This document shows, piece after piece, positions 1 to 10,966 of a stretch of DNA of 64,000 nucleotides. The translations under genes were made by a program, and so were the position numbers. Each line of letters begins with the position of its first letter. Position 1 is the stretch's first letter. Under the pieces are notes generated by a model. That model did not search any database. It saw nothing but the letters and a program-made list of their open reading frames with translations, and was not told the DNA's origin. Source of the stretch: Eledone cirrhosa. Taxonomy: Eukaryota. The stretch covers positions 324,074,001-324,138,000 of the forward strand of contig OZ024743.1 in the NCBI GenBank assembly GCA_964016885.1, given 5' to 3'.

Positions 1-315
1 TGTGAAAGACAAAGCATAAATGAACTGAGAGAAAAGCTAGATATAAGAGGAATCAAATGTAGTGTGCAGGAGAGAAAACTGAGCATATGGATGATGATCA
101 TTGAGTGATGAAGTGCCAAGAAATCTCAGTGGAAGGGAGCTACAGTAGAGTGGGAGGTGGGCAAGGAAGACCTGGGCAGAATTTGAGAGATCTCATCTCA
201 AATAACTGAATCTCACAGTCAAATTGTCAAAGGACTGCAATGAATGGGTGGGTGGTGTGCTGGAAAAGACCTGTCCAACACATGCAAGCATGCAAAAACA
301 GACATATGATGGTGT
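1..315 (+). mobile_element. Degenerate RTE LINE 3' fragment (older subfamily)
   Basis: Frame 1 reads CERQSINELREKLDIRGIKCSVQERKL, homologous to the C-terminus of ORF 4495-6918. It ends in the RTE tail CCAACACATGCAAGCATG...GATGGTG. Confidence 0.8.
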
Positions 316-757
316 GTGTGTGTGGGGGGGGGGAAGATACAGGACAGTGTAAATAAACCAACACATATACACACATGTTTGAGTGTTTGTATGTGTGTGT
401 GTAATGAGAAGACACCATAGCAGGTATAATGTGTTGTCAACAACAGACATATTACAATGTTTGCTAGATCAGGGAGAGCCATTATTGTTATTTAAGCTGT
501 ACACTGTATTTATTTTGTAATTCTCTGATGTTACATTACTACTATTGTTTTCGTATTTTACCTATAATTTTGTCTTTGTAATTGCTCTTGATGGGCCAAG
601 CCAGCTTGTCTTTCTTTTGTATCGTTGTTTGCCTGAACAAAAGCTGTTTATTCTTCTTACTTTACTCTGTAATGTAGTGTAACCAGAGTAGTTTACACAC
701 CAAGGTTTTTCTTTCTACAACTATCACAACTAATTGAGTAAGAAAGATGTGCATGCC

Positions 758-808
<51 letters not shown>

Positions 809-1081
809 GAGAGGTATAGAGATTGTTTTAGCGAGAAGCTAACAGCATTCTATAACATATATGCGACTATAACGTCAAGATGGGAAAAGTAGTTAACGTA
901 TATATATATATATATGTGTACTGTGTGTGTCCCCCAGTTTTTAGAATAGGTGCAAGAACAACTAAAAGATATGGCCTCAGGAAGGGCATGAGGCTATAAA
1001 ACATTGCCTTAAAATATCCCATTAAAATCATACCAGCATGGAAAAGTAGACATAAAAACGATGATGATGATGATGATGATG

Positions 1082-1118
<37 letters not shown>

Positions 1119-1183
1119 CCGTATGGCCTCCGTTTATTTTTGGGATTCGAAACCGATCGGTAAAGGTAACTATAGTAGGTAAA

Positions 1184-1250
1184 TACTCTTTTACACTCTT
1201 TTACCTGTTTCAGCCATCCGGCTGAGGCCATGCTGGGGCACCGCCCTTGC
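1184..1250 (-). mobile_element. SINE/LINE 3'-tail fragment inserted into the 5' repeat of the Penelope-like element
   Basis: Absent from the second repeat (GGTAAAGTCAATTT is contiguous there). The reverse complement GGCGGTGCCCCAGCATGGCC...CTGAAACAGGTAAAAGAG matches dispersed copies at ~21390-21445 and ~7252-7292. Confidence 0.7.
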
Positions 1251-1667
1251 CAGTCAATTTTTTAAAATTTTTTAAAAATTAAAAAAATTTTTTAAAATTT
1301 ATTTTGAAACTTTTTCATTATTTGCTAAACCTTGTTTATATATGTTCTGGCTCGTTAATTTATTAACCTGCCATTGAACCACATTGGCATTTGGTTGGAC
1401 AATACATGCGTCCCTTAGCGCCTTGTGCGTGAAGGAACACATATCCTATTATTACTATTCTCCTCTATTGTTGAGAAGCAAATTTGGTCGTTCCGACTGC
1501 TGCTAGTGATAGTTGCAGCCGGTTGACCTACCTCCCTCTGCCTCTATCTTTACTTCGGCCCTTGAAAAAATTGATTCCACTTCATTCACTCTCATCTCGG
1601 GAATAGTTTTGGATAGCGCTAGTTCATAATTTAAATTCAAGAATTTTATATTCTTCAAATGAAAAGA

Positions 1668-1750
1668 ACCTTCTGACGAGAATCTTTCTTTGCAACGAAG
1701 GCCGTATGGCCTCCGTTTATTTTTGGGATTCGAAACCGATCGGTAAAGGT
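1668..1750 (+). ncRNA. Type I hammerhead ribozyme (Penelope-associated)
   Basis: Stem I ACCTT/AAGGT; core CTGACGA (1673-1679); stem II GAATC/GATTC; GAAA (1732-1735); palindromic stem III CCGATCGG; cleavage triplet GUA (1743-1745). Confidence 0.8.
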
Positions 1751-1815
1751 AACTATAGTAGGTAAAGTCAATTTTTTTAAATTTATTTTGAAACTTTCAT
1801 TATTTGCTAAACCTT

Positions 1816-1850
<35 letters not shown>

Positions 1851-2029
1851 GAGAGAGAGTAGTGTAGTTAATACTAAGCATTGTGAGATATATAGTAAAT
1901 GACTAAGTTTTTTAAAAGCTGGTACAATGCAGTAGAGAATATGAAGAGCAAACGATGATAAATGAAACAAAACAAAAAGTAAAGTAATGTTTTACCCAGT
2001 GTATTATGGCATAATATACTGGGTAAACT

Positions 2030-2251
2030 ATGATGGTATGAAGTATGTGAGTGCTGTTATTGTCTCAACAACTGATGGTATGGAGTATGTAAATACTGTT
2101 ATTGTCCCTAAAACTGATGGTATGGAGTATGTAAATACTGTTATTGTCTCAACAACTGATGGTATGGAGTATGTAAATGTTGTTATTGTCCCCAAAACTG
2201 ATGGTATGAAGAATGTAAATGTTATTGTCCCCAAAATTGATAGTATGAAGA
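2030..2251. repeat. 42-bp minisatellite, ~5 copies
   Basis: Unit TGATGGTATGGAGTATGTAAATACTGTTATTGTCTCAACAAC, which produces the periodic ORF 1987-2295. Confidence 0.9.
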
Positions 2252-2412
2252 AGTGGTTCTCTTACCGTTATTGTTGCTCTGTAAGACATTGTTGAAACTG
2301 TCATCTGGTAATACAGCCACTCTGAAAAACACATACACACAAATATATATGATAGTAGTAACAAATACCAGTATTATTATCATATAGAATCAATTCTAAA
2401 TACCTATATTAA

Positions 2413-2510
2413 TAATTGTTTCTACTTTTGGCACAAGGCCAGCAATTACCCAGTACATTACTGGTACTTTATTTTATCGACCCCGTAAGGACGAAAGGCA
2501 AAGTTAACCT
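2413..2510 (-). mobile_element. tRNA-derived SINE type A, 3' part
   Basis: Reverse complement of GCCTTTCATCCTTACGGGGTCGATAAAATAAAGTACCAGTAATG...GGCCTTGTGCC...AGAAACAATT, shared with the copies at 40140 and 60511. Confidence 0.85.
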
Positions 2511-4053
2511 ATATTAATAATATTACCATATTATAAAATCGATACCAATTTTCAATATTACTACTACGATGTTATACAATCAATTAAGATATCTTTACAA
2601 ACACACACAAAAAAAAAAAGAAATGCTCCACCACCATTGAAATTGGCAACAACAACGACAACATTCCAGGCTGGTAATAGACCCAAGCAAGATGCAAAAT
2701 GTAGTTCCACTCCTCAACTAAACTGTTAAAAGGCTTAGGTCAAGCATAAAATGTTGATCTCCAAAGCTGGTAACAGGCTTAGGCCAGATGTAAAATATAG
2801 GCCCATGCTAACAGAGGAATTTGACTCCCTACCTCTGATCTGGCTTATGAGCACCAGCATGGAATTTGGTATTTTTTGTGGAACATCTTTCCATTTAGAG
2901 TGGCCACGGACTGTGTAAGTTACAAGGAAGACAACCCATCAAGGAGAGCAGTTACTGTGAATAAAAGTTGACACAGAGTAGAGAGGAATCTTCAATCCAA
3001 TCAGACAAACTCTCTAGAACTAGTGACATGATAAAATACACCCAGTCTCTGCTGCAAAGAGGTTGTTGATAGGAAGGGCATACAGTCAGAACCCCCCCCC
3101 CCCCCAAAAAAAAATAAATAAACCACCACCACCACCACCATCATCATCATGTCCAACCCATGCAAACATAGAAAATGATGTTGATGATGATGATGATGAT
3201 TTCCATGTTGGTATGGGTCAGATGTGTTCATGGCTTAATGGGGAATGTAAAAATGTGACTTTCATAGTTTTCCCAAGAACATTAAAGGGAGGTGACTGAG
3301 ATCAAATCATGGACTGACAATTTAATGAGATAAATACATTTATAAATTTTATACTGCTGTAAAAATGTAATGAAATGCTTCCAGTTTGAAATTAGAACTG
3401 GGTTGCAGAGTTGATTCACAAAAGACTAGAAACTATTTGATACCATTGTTTCCATAACTCCCAGTGGAGTCATAGGGGCACCCTTGTGACACACTGTCTC
3501 AGGCACATTAAACATGACATCATGTGTCCCTTTCATGTTTTTACCGCAGCTGATTTCTGAGAGAGAAAGGGGTAGAGAGAGGGAGACAGACACACACATA
3601 TATATATACAAATAGAGAGAGAATGCAAGAGAGTGAGAGCATGAGAGAGGGGGGGGGGGCAAAATTGACCCCACTATATGACTGGTACTATATCAACTCT
3701 GAAAGGATGAAAGGCAAAGTTGACCTTGGCAGGATATAAACTAAAAATGTAAACAGCCAAAATAGTATTTTTTGCGACAATTGAATGATTCTGCCAATCA
3801 ATAATAATAATTTCTAATACAGACTGAAAGCAAATGCCCATATATTTTGCAATATAATCAAAGAGATAGCTATAGACTATTGATTATACTGCGAAATCTT
3901 TGAAAATATTAAAAATTGAGTTGAGCACATTTGAGAGATTTATTGCATTTTTTCTTTTCTTTTAAATGGAATTCTGCTGATTTTCTGTCAATTTCTTTTA
4001 AAAAGGAATTTCTATGAAAGCATGAAATTCTTAATATCAAGGGAGCATGGTTT

Positions 4054-4057
<4 letters not shown>

Positions 4058-4110
<53 letters not shown>
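4058..4110. repeat. (TA)n microsatellite abutting the RTE 3' tail
   Basis: Pure TA run directly followed by (CAT)n, the reverse complement of the RTE (GAT)n tail. Confidence 0.95.
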
Positions 4111-4112
<2 letters not shown>

Positions 4113-6862
4113 TCATCATCATCAACGTTTAACGTCCGTGTTCCACGCTTGCATGGGTTTGGACGGGGGTAGTCCCACTTGAGGCAAGAGTGATTGTCTT
4201 GCTCGCATAGGACTGTCTGGCAGGTTTTCTACAGTTGGATGCCCTTCCTAACACCAACCACATTTACAGTGTGGGTCTGGGAGGTTTTTACCGTGTTGCC
4301 TACACGGCCACATTACAGCGTGGACTGTGTGTTTTTTTGTCGTGACACCTACACGATCTCATTTGTTTCGGCCTGGATGGCGCGGCACCAACATAACTTT
4401 ACATAGAATGGGGTGGTGTGGATGGGGTGGGGTGGTGGGACGGGGTGTATTTTGTTAGAGATGCCTACTGGCTGGAGTAGGTTTTACTATATATTTAGGT
4501 AAGGCGGGTCTTCTCTGTTACTGAGTACCGCCAAAGGTCTCGGTCCAGTGACATTGTCTTGGAGAGGTGTAAGTGTGTGATGTCGGAGTTTATCAGCTCG
4601 TCCCAGGTTTTTCTAGGTCTGCCTATTCCGTGACTACCGTCTATCTTTATTGCCCTGCACTTTGTTATACAGCTATCGACTTTCATGCGCATCACGTGTC
4701 CATACCAACGTAGCCTTCTCTCGAGTAAACAACATCTGATCCCTCTTATCTCTAATTTTTTCCTTAGTTCGTTTATGCTTTGCCGTTCACGTATATTACT
4801 GTTACACATCCAGCGGAGCATGCAAGCTTCGTTCCTCTCTAGTCTGCGTATATCCTCTGCACACAATGCCCAGGTCTCACTGCCATGCAACATTGCTGTT
4901 CGTATGCAGGCATCGTACAACCTGCCTTTCATTTTTAAGGAGAACCCTTTAGCAGCTAATAGTGGTATAAGCTCTCTGAACTTTTTCCAACTAGTTCTGA
5001 CTCTAGCTACAGTACTTTCAGAGCACCCTCCCCCACTGCTGATTTTATCGCCCAGGTAACGGAAGCTGTCCACTATTTCTATAGAACCCTCTGCACAATT
5101 GAAAGAGCTAGTATTTTGTGGGCACTTGCTGCTACTTATTGCACCAGAACACCGGCCACATGTAAAATCTATGTTCTTAGTTAGCTTACCTGTGATCCCA
5201 CTACATCTTTTATGCACCCATACTTTGCATTTAGGACATAAAATGGAGTTTCTACCTACGCCTTTCCTACACACCGAGCACGACCATTTCCCAGAAGGGA
5301 CCGCCGCCTTGTTTTCTTTCCTACAAACTAGAACTTTGGTCTTAGCCAGGTTAATTTTAAGTCCTTTTGACTCTAGGCCGTGCTTCCATGTTTGGAATTT
5401 CTTCTCTAGCTCGGCCATTGATTCCGCTATGAGTGTCAGGTCGTCTGCGTATAGGAGTTCCCATGGGCAGCCTGTCTTGAACTCCTCTGTTATAGCCTGA
5501 AGGGCAATAATAAATAGTAGGGGGCTGAGAACAGAGCCCTGATGGACGCCAACTTTTACGCTAAACTCTTCACTATATTCGTTGTTAATTCTAACCTTGC
5601 TGACTGTTTCTTTATACATGGCTTGTATAGCCCTCACAAGCCATTCGTCAACGCCTAGTTTTCTAAGAGCCCACCAGATAATGGAGCGGGGGACTCTGTC
5701 GAAGGCTTTCTCCAAGTCGACAAAAGCTAAGTAGAGGGGTTTACCTTTAGCTAGGAACTTCTCCTGTAGTTGTCGTACTATGAAAAGAGCGTCTGTGGTA
5801 CTTTTGCCTGACACAAACCCGAACTGCATTTCATCTAGGTCAATTCTCTCTCTGATTAGTTGCGCTATTACTTTTTCCGTGACCTTCATGACCTGGTCGA
5901 TTAATTTAATGCCTCTATAGTTACTCCTATCTAGGGCGTCTCCTTTACCCTTATAACAGTTAACGATGATGCTGCTATGCCAGTCCTTCGGAACAACCCC
6001 ATTCTGTACGACTTGGTTAACTATGCGAGTGACCATGGTGTGTCCCACCGTGCCAGATGCCTTCAGCATCTCAGCAACTATTTCCGAAGGCCCAGCCGCC
6101 TTACCCGTCTTCATATCCTTGATTGCCTTACTTATTATACTCCCCTCGACTAACACTGCTGGTCCCTCTATTGGGTCGATATGGGGGAGACTGTCTTTCT
6201 CCCATTTATTCTCCTCATTTAGTAGCCTTTCATAGTGACACTTCCAAGCTACCTTCTTATCAGTGTCGGTGATGGCAAGTATGCCATCATCGTTAAGTAC
6301 ACACTTCTCCCCGACAATATCACGGTTTTCCTTGACGCATTGCCTAGCAATCCTGAACACCTCACGTTTTTGGTCATCGCGTTGTAGAACATGCTTGAAC
6401 TTTCTTTCCTCAGCTTCCCTTCTTGCTAAGTACACTTCTCTCCTAGCTTCCCTCCTGGCCACTTGATAGTCTACTCTACTTCCCCCATCTCGCCATACTT
6501 TCCAAGCCTGCTTTTTGGCCTTAATTGACCCCTCCACCTTACTGTTCCACCACCATGTTACTCTCCTCCTGCCTACAGGCCTGCTCCAGCCACAGACTTC
6601 GTCTGTCGCCAACAGCAGGTTTGCTTTCAGAAATTCCCACTGTCCCTCTATATTGTCCGACTCTAAATGTTCTTCCTTACTGTCGAAAGCATCAAGTAAT
6701 ATGTTTTGAAATTTATTTTTGGCTGTGGGGTCCTTTAGCTTCCATATTTTTCTCCTGAGGATAGTCCTCTTCTGCTGTCGAGTACGTCTCGTCCTGACTA
6801 TGAGGTCGCTAATTATCAGTCTATGTTGGGAGGTGCATTCTTCATGGGGGAGGGATTTAGTG
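4111..6862 (-). mobile_element. RTE-clade LINE retrotransposon, 5'-truncated, recent
   Basis: Uninterrupted ORF from the end of the AP-endonuclease domain through RT, then a ~380-nt 3' UTR ending CCAAACCCATGCAAGCGTGGAA...ACGTTAAACGTTGATGATG. (TA)n lies at both ends. Confidence 0.95.
4495..6862 (-). CDS. RTE LINE ORF2: C-terminal end of AP endonuclease, reverse transcriptase with internal PHD-type zinc finger, and C-terminal domain
   Basis: Motifs EECTSQHRLIISD (APE end), KAAGPS, NYRGIKL, QFGF, FVDLEKAFD, GVHQGSVLSPLLF, YADD, KTKVL, C4HC3 finger, FRYLG, RRLRWYGHVMR, GRPRKTW. The first ~19 aa of the listed ORF (to 6918) derive from the adjacent SINE and TA repeat, not the LINE. Confidence 0.95.
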
Positions 6863-6873
6863 TATATATATAT

Positions 6874-7025
6874 AATTGTTTCTAATTTTGGCACAAAGCC
6901 AGCAATTACCCAGTACATTACTGGTACTTTATTTTATCGACCCCGTAAGGATGAAAGGCAAAGTTAACCTCTGTGGGATTTGAACTCAGTCTGCAAAGGG
7001 ACGTAACTGTGCTGCAAAGCATTCA
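6874..7025 (-). mobile_element. tRNA-derived SINE type A
   Basis: B-box-like GAGTTCAAATCC on the minus strand plus the conserved CCTTTCATCCTTACGGGGTCGATAAAAT body. Confidence 0.85.
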
Positions 7026-7039
7026 TTATGGCAGAATCA

Positions 7040-7250
7040 TTCATTATATAATGCCAGTGGAAGGAAGTCGCAGTAGAGGTAGAACAAGAAAGACCTGGAC
7101 AGAGGTTTTGAGAGTTGACCTCAAATCACTGAGACTCACAGAGGAGATGACAAAGTACTGCAATGTGTGGAGAGATGCCATGCTGAGAAGGACTCGTCCA
7201 ACCCATGCAAGCATGAAAAAGCAGATGTAAAAATGATGATGATGATGATG
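7040..7250 (+). mobile_element. Degenerate RTE 3' fragment
   Basis: Reads VEGSRSRGRTRKTWTEVLRVDLKSLRL and ends CCAACCCATGCAAGCATG...(GAT)n. Confidence 0.8.
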
Positions 7251-7607
7251 ATACTCCTTTACTAGTCTCAGTCATTAAACTGCAGCCATGCCATTCACAC
7301 ATGTCATACCATCAGTTCTTGGGACAATAACAGCAGTCACATACTTCATACCATCATTTCGAAACTGCTTCCTTTTTATTTATTTTTTTTAGGCAAACCA
7401 CTAAATAACGGGATATGAATACAGACACACATAAACAACCATACATATATATACATATATATGATGGGCTTCTGCAATTTTCCTGTAGATTTTTCTTTTT
7501 TTTCATCAATAATTTGGAGGGGTTTAGTAATATAACTCATTATTAAGCTGGGTAATGCACTGGGTAATTGCTGGCCTTGTGCCAAAAGTAGAAACAATTA
7601 TTAAGCT

Positions 7608-7960
7608 GGCGGATAGACAGTACCAGTAGAGCATTGGATAACATGCTTTGCAGCATATAGTTACAGCCCTTTACAATCTGAGTTCAAATGCCACCGAGTT
7701 TAGCTTTGTTTGCTTTTCATCCTTACATGATCAATAAAATAAAGTGCCAGTAATGTACTGAGGTCAATTTAATCGCCTTTCCCCTCCCCACAAAATTGTT
7801 GGCCTTGTGCTTCAATCAGAAACCATTATTAAGCTGGTGTTTAATAGTGATGGATTAGCTGTATCAGTTGAGCATTGAACAAAATGTCTTGTATTTAGTT
7901 CCAACTTTCTATGTTCTGAGTTCAAATCCTGCAAAAGTCAACTTTACTTTCTTCCAAATT
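7608..7960 (+). mobile_element. Two adjacent diverged SINE type A copies
   Basis: GAGTTCAAAT B-box motifs near 7680 and 7918, and the CTTTTCATCCTT...AATAAAATAAAGTGCCAG body. Confidence 0.7.
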
Positions 7961-9284
7961 GATGGCCATGTATGTCTCAATGTTTGAAAGAATGAAGCTG
8001 GTGTTTGGAGCCAAACTTTTAGATAAATATAAACACTTTAAAATATGCAGCTTAGTACTGTTGGAGGAGGAGGAATGGTTTCAAGTAGTTCTATATGAAA
8101 AGGGTTACAGATTCGACCAAATTATATATTAGCTCATTACTACTTCCTGGTAGACTAAACAGCTATTCTAAATAAATCTTTTCTCGGCGCACCTCATTTA
8201 CACATTGTCCAAATCGCATAAGAATCCCACTCATTAATTCAATCAAATCAACAATTAACTAGCTTTCATTCTTCATTAAGTATTTCCATTCTAGTTGTGT
8301 TAAAAGGAAGTGAACCTACTATCTCCTTCATGTATTAGAATCAAATGCTTTACAAACAAATGGCTACTCTGGTATTGGTATTGATTCTTAGAGAAATAGA
8401 AGCAGGTATAGACAATGTCAGTGCTACTATTAAGATCAACTGGGGCAGATAACTGGATGCATTACTGAACCTTAAAGGATCAGAGTTTTATACAAACTTG
8501 CATTATCAAAATTGATGTATAATTTCCTGAAGTCCATAAATAAATCACTAAATTGCTTTGCTACATATTAGCCTTGTGGAAATATTAAAAGCAATGGAGT
8601 GAGTCACATGGTGTTATGATATGTAACATGATTTGACATGGGTGTGTGAGGACAGTGTACAGAAAAATGCAGGCTTAGTAGTTTCCTTAGTGTAGCCAGA
8701 GAAAAAAATGTTAGCTTGCCAAACTGCAAGTTTATAATTATTCTATTTAGGAAAATAAAGCACATAACTGGGAAAAAATGGGGCATGCTTTGTAGGGCTT
8801 GCCTAGGGCTTAAAACAGTCAGATGCTGGTTATAATTATAAGGAAGTGAACCTACTATCTCCATTGGAATCACATGCCCAACCAACATGGCTACCCTGTT
8901 ATTGATTTCTATTGATTTTTATAGAAATAGAAGCAGGAATGGCTGCTGTTTTGTCATTTATAGACATAGTTCTGAGCACATGTATATGCATAATGGGTTA
9001 GTTTTGAACAAAAGAAAGACTGGACAAAATAGAAAAGTAGAGAAGAGAGGAGAAAAATGAAGTGAACAGAGAAAAGGGTGATAACAACAACAATAACAAT
9101 GGACAAAACCAACAAAAGATGAATTAGGAAAGGAAGAAATAGCTTGGAATTTGTGTGAATCTGTGTTATTTGAATCCTGTTTATTTATGTGATCCAGTAT
9201 TAAATCTTGTAGAGTAGCAAATGTTTCATTTGATATATACAGAAAACTACTTCTGATAATGTCAAAACAACAATAACGAGCATT

Positions 9285-9511
9285 TTAACTCTTAACGTCC
9301 TGTACCACATGTAACCACATTAGCAAAACATTATTGAAAAGTGCAAAACATACTATAGCTGTATCACATTGAAAATTGATGTCTAAAATTAGTCTAATAA
9401 TACAGATTTTTACAACTATCTCTCAAATATTAAAGATACTATAACCATTTGAATTAACAAACCCATTTTTAGACAGTTTCTGCTAAAACATTATAGGATG
9501 TTAAGAGTTAA
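9285..9511. mobile_element. TTAA-flanked MITE (piggyBac-like)
   Basis: TTAA|CTCTTAACGTCCTGTA ... TATAGGATGTTAAGAG|TTAA terminal inverted repeats. Related copies lie at ~12075-12295 and ~21030-21220. Confidence 0.75.
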
Positions 9512-10234
9512 TTAACAACCATACCTCACATTAAATATTAGAATCTTTACTTTAATACTGCAAAGTTTCACAGCAATCTGTTAAATAGTAAATATACTAT
9601 AGACAGTTGAATTAAATATGTTCTCTATATTATTACAGGAGGTTAAGAGTTAAGGCTATTTTCTCTGTTAAAGCCAGGGTTAGCATTGCAGGCCCCATGA
9701 CAAGCTTCTCCATTTATCCTTGTGGCATGTAATAAAAGAAAAAGGCAATCATGTGGCCTTGGGTTCAGTCCTACTTGTGTAATCTCTTAGGTGAGTGTCT
9801 TTTACCATAGACTTAGGTTGAACCACGTTTTCAATCTTTGTGAGTAAAATTGGGTAGTTAACTCATTTCAATTAATTGATGAAGAATTTTAAGAGATTTA
9901 TTAAAATCATTAATTATTTCATTACTAATATGGGAAGTTAACATATGGGTTTTATATAAAATTCTGTTGCAAAATTTTAATTTCAATTGTAAACCTTTAA
10001 CATGGATCAGAGACAGTTTTAGCTGGGTTGGTAACTAAAGAGTTAAAGACTGTTTTGAAGTCTGTTGGATGAATTGTCTGTATTTCAAAGTTCCAGCTTT
10101 GTCGTACAGTATTATGCTGAATCAACCTGACAATTATGTTAATGGTACATCACAATACAAAATGCAATGTACTGGTATTTAAAAAGCCTAACTGTCATTT
10201 ATAGTATCTTACTGAATCTCTCTGAGAATTATGT

Positions 10235-10966
10235 TAACCCATTTGATACCAAATTGCATGAAACTGCCCCTGGTTCTTTGGATACAAAGGTATTTATTTT
10301 AAAGTGCTTATATTTAACCCTTTAGTTACCAACCTGGCCAAAACCAACTCTGGCTCTATGAAACAAAGCCACCCATTTTAAAGGTTTTCAATTTAAATTA
10401 AAATCTTCCAACATAATTTTATATAAGAACCTTACATTAAGTTACTATCTTAGTAAGGAACTAATTAATAATTTTAGTAAATCCCTCAAAATTCTTCATT
10501 AATTAATTAGAAATATAGTCACGAAAGGGTTAAATAAAAAACCTTTCGTCATAATTTGATGTAAAAATAAGTAAAATCTTATAAATTTTCAAAATTATTT
10601 GAAAATCATAGACAATGCCTTTTGGTTAGAAATATGGTAATGAAAAGGTTAAAGGTACACATTGTCTTGCGGAATTCTCAGCCACTTACATATTAATTTA
10701 ACAAGTATGTCATTCCATTGATCAAACAACTAAGACATTCATGAGTTCTCACTAATAAACCTTTTGATAGCAACCCAGCCAAAGTCACTCATTTTAAAGG
10801 CTTCCTATTTGAATTAAAATCTTCCAACATAATTTGATATAAGAATCATGTTACATTATATCTTAATAATGAAATGATCAATGATTTTAGTAAATCCCTC
10901 AAAATTCTTCATTGATTAATTGAGGTACAGTGTTTGCCATCAGAAATATGGTAATGAAAGAGTTAA
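10235..10966. mobile_element. Cluster of TTAACCCTTT-terminated non-autonomous (piggyBac-like) repeats
   Basis: Repeated TTAACCC(T/A)TT...ACC starts and AGAAATATGGTAATGAAA(G)GGTTAA ends. The same family recurs at ~29725, 38000-38310, 39282-40135, 42320-42790, 48925-49840 and 59135-59380. Confidence 0.65.

Larger units (their letters stand above)
1115..1822 (+). mobile_element. Short Penelope-like element remnant with direct terminal repeats (pLTR-like), inside (TA)n
   Basis: Direct repeat 1115-1340 vs 1698-1822 (AAGGCCGTATGGCCTCC...AAACCTTGTTTA). The body has a decayed GIY-YIG-like peptide (LIY...VGQ..RPL...VKEH). The 3' repeat holds a hammerhead core, and (TA)n flanks both ends. Confidence 0.75.

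Noticed and set aside
4685-6758. Plus-strand ORFs overlapping the LINE
   Set aside because: Antisense shadows of the RTE ORF with no recognisable motifs.
6863-6918. N-terminus MYWVIAGFVPKLETIIYIY of the 807-aa ORF
   Set aside because: It is read-through from a SINE tail and TA repeat. The LINE is 5'-truncated and lacks most of its endonuclease, so this is not a full-length autonomous copy.
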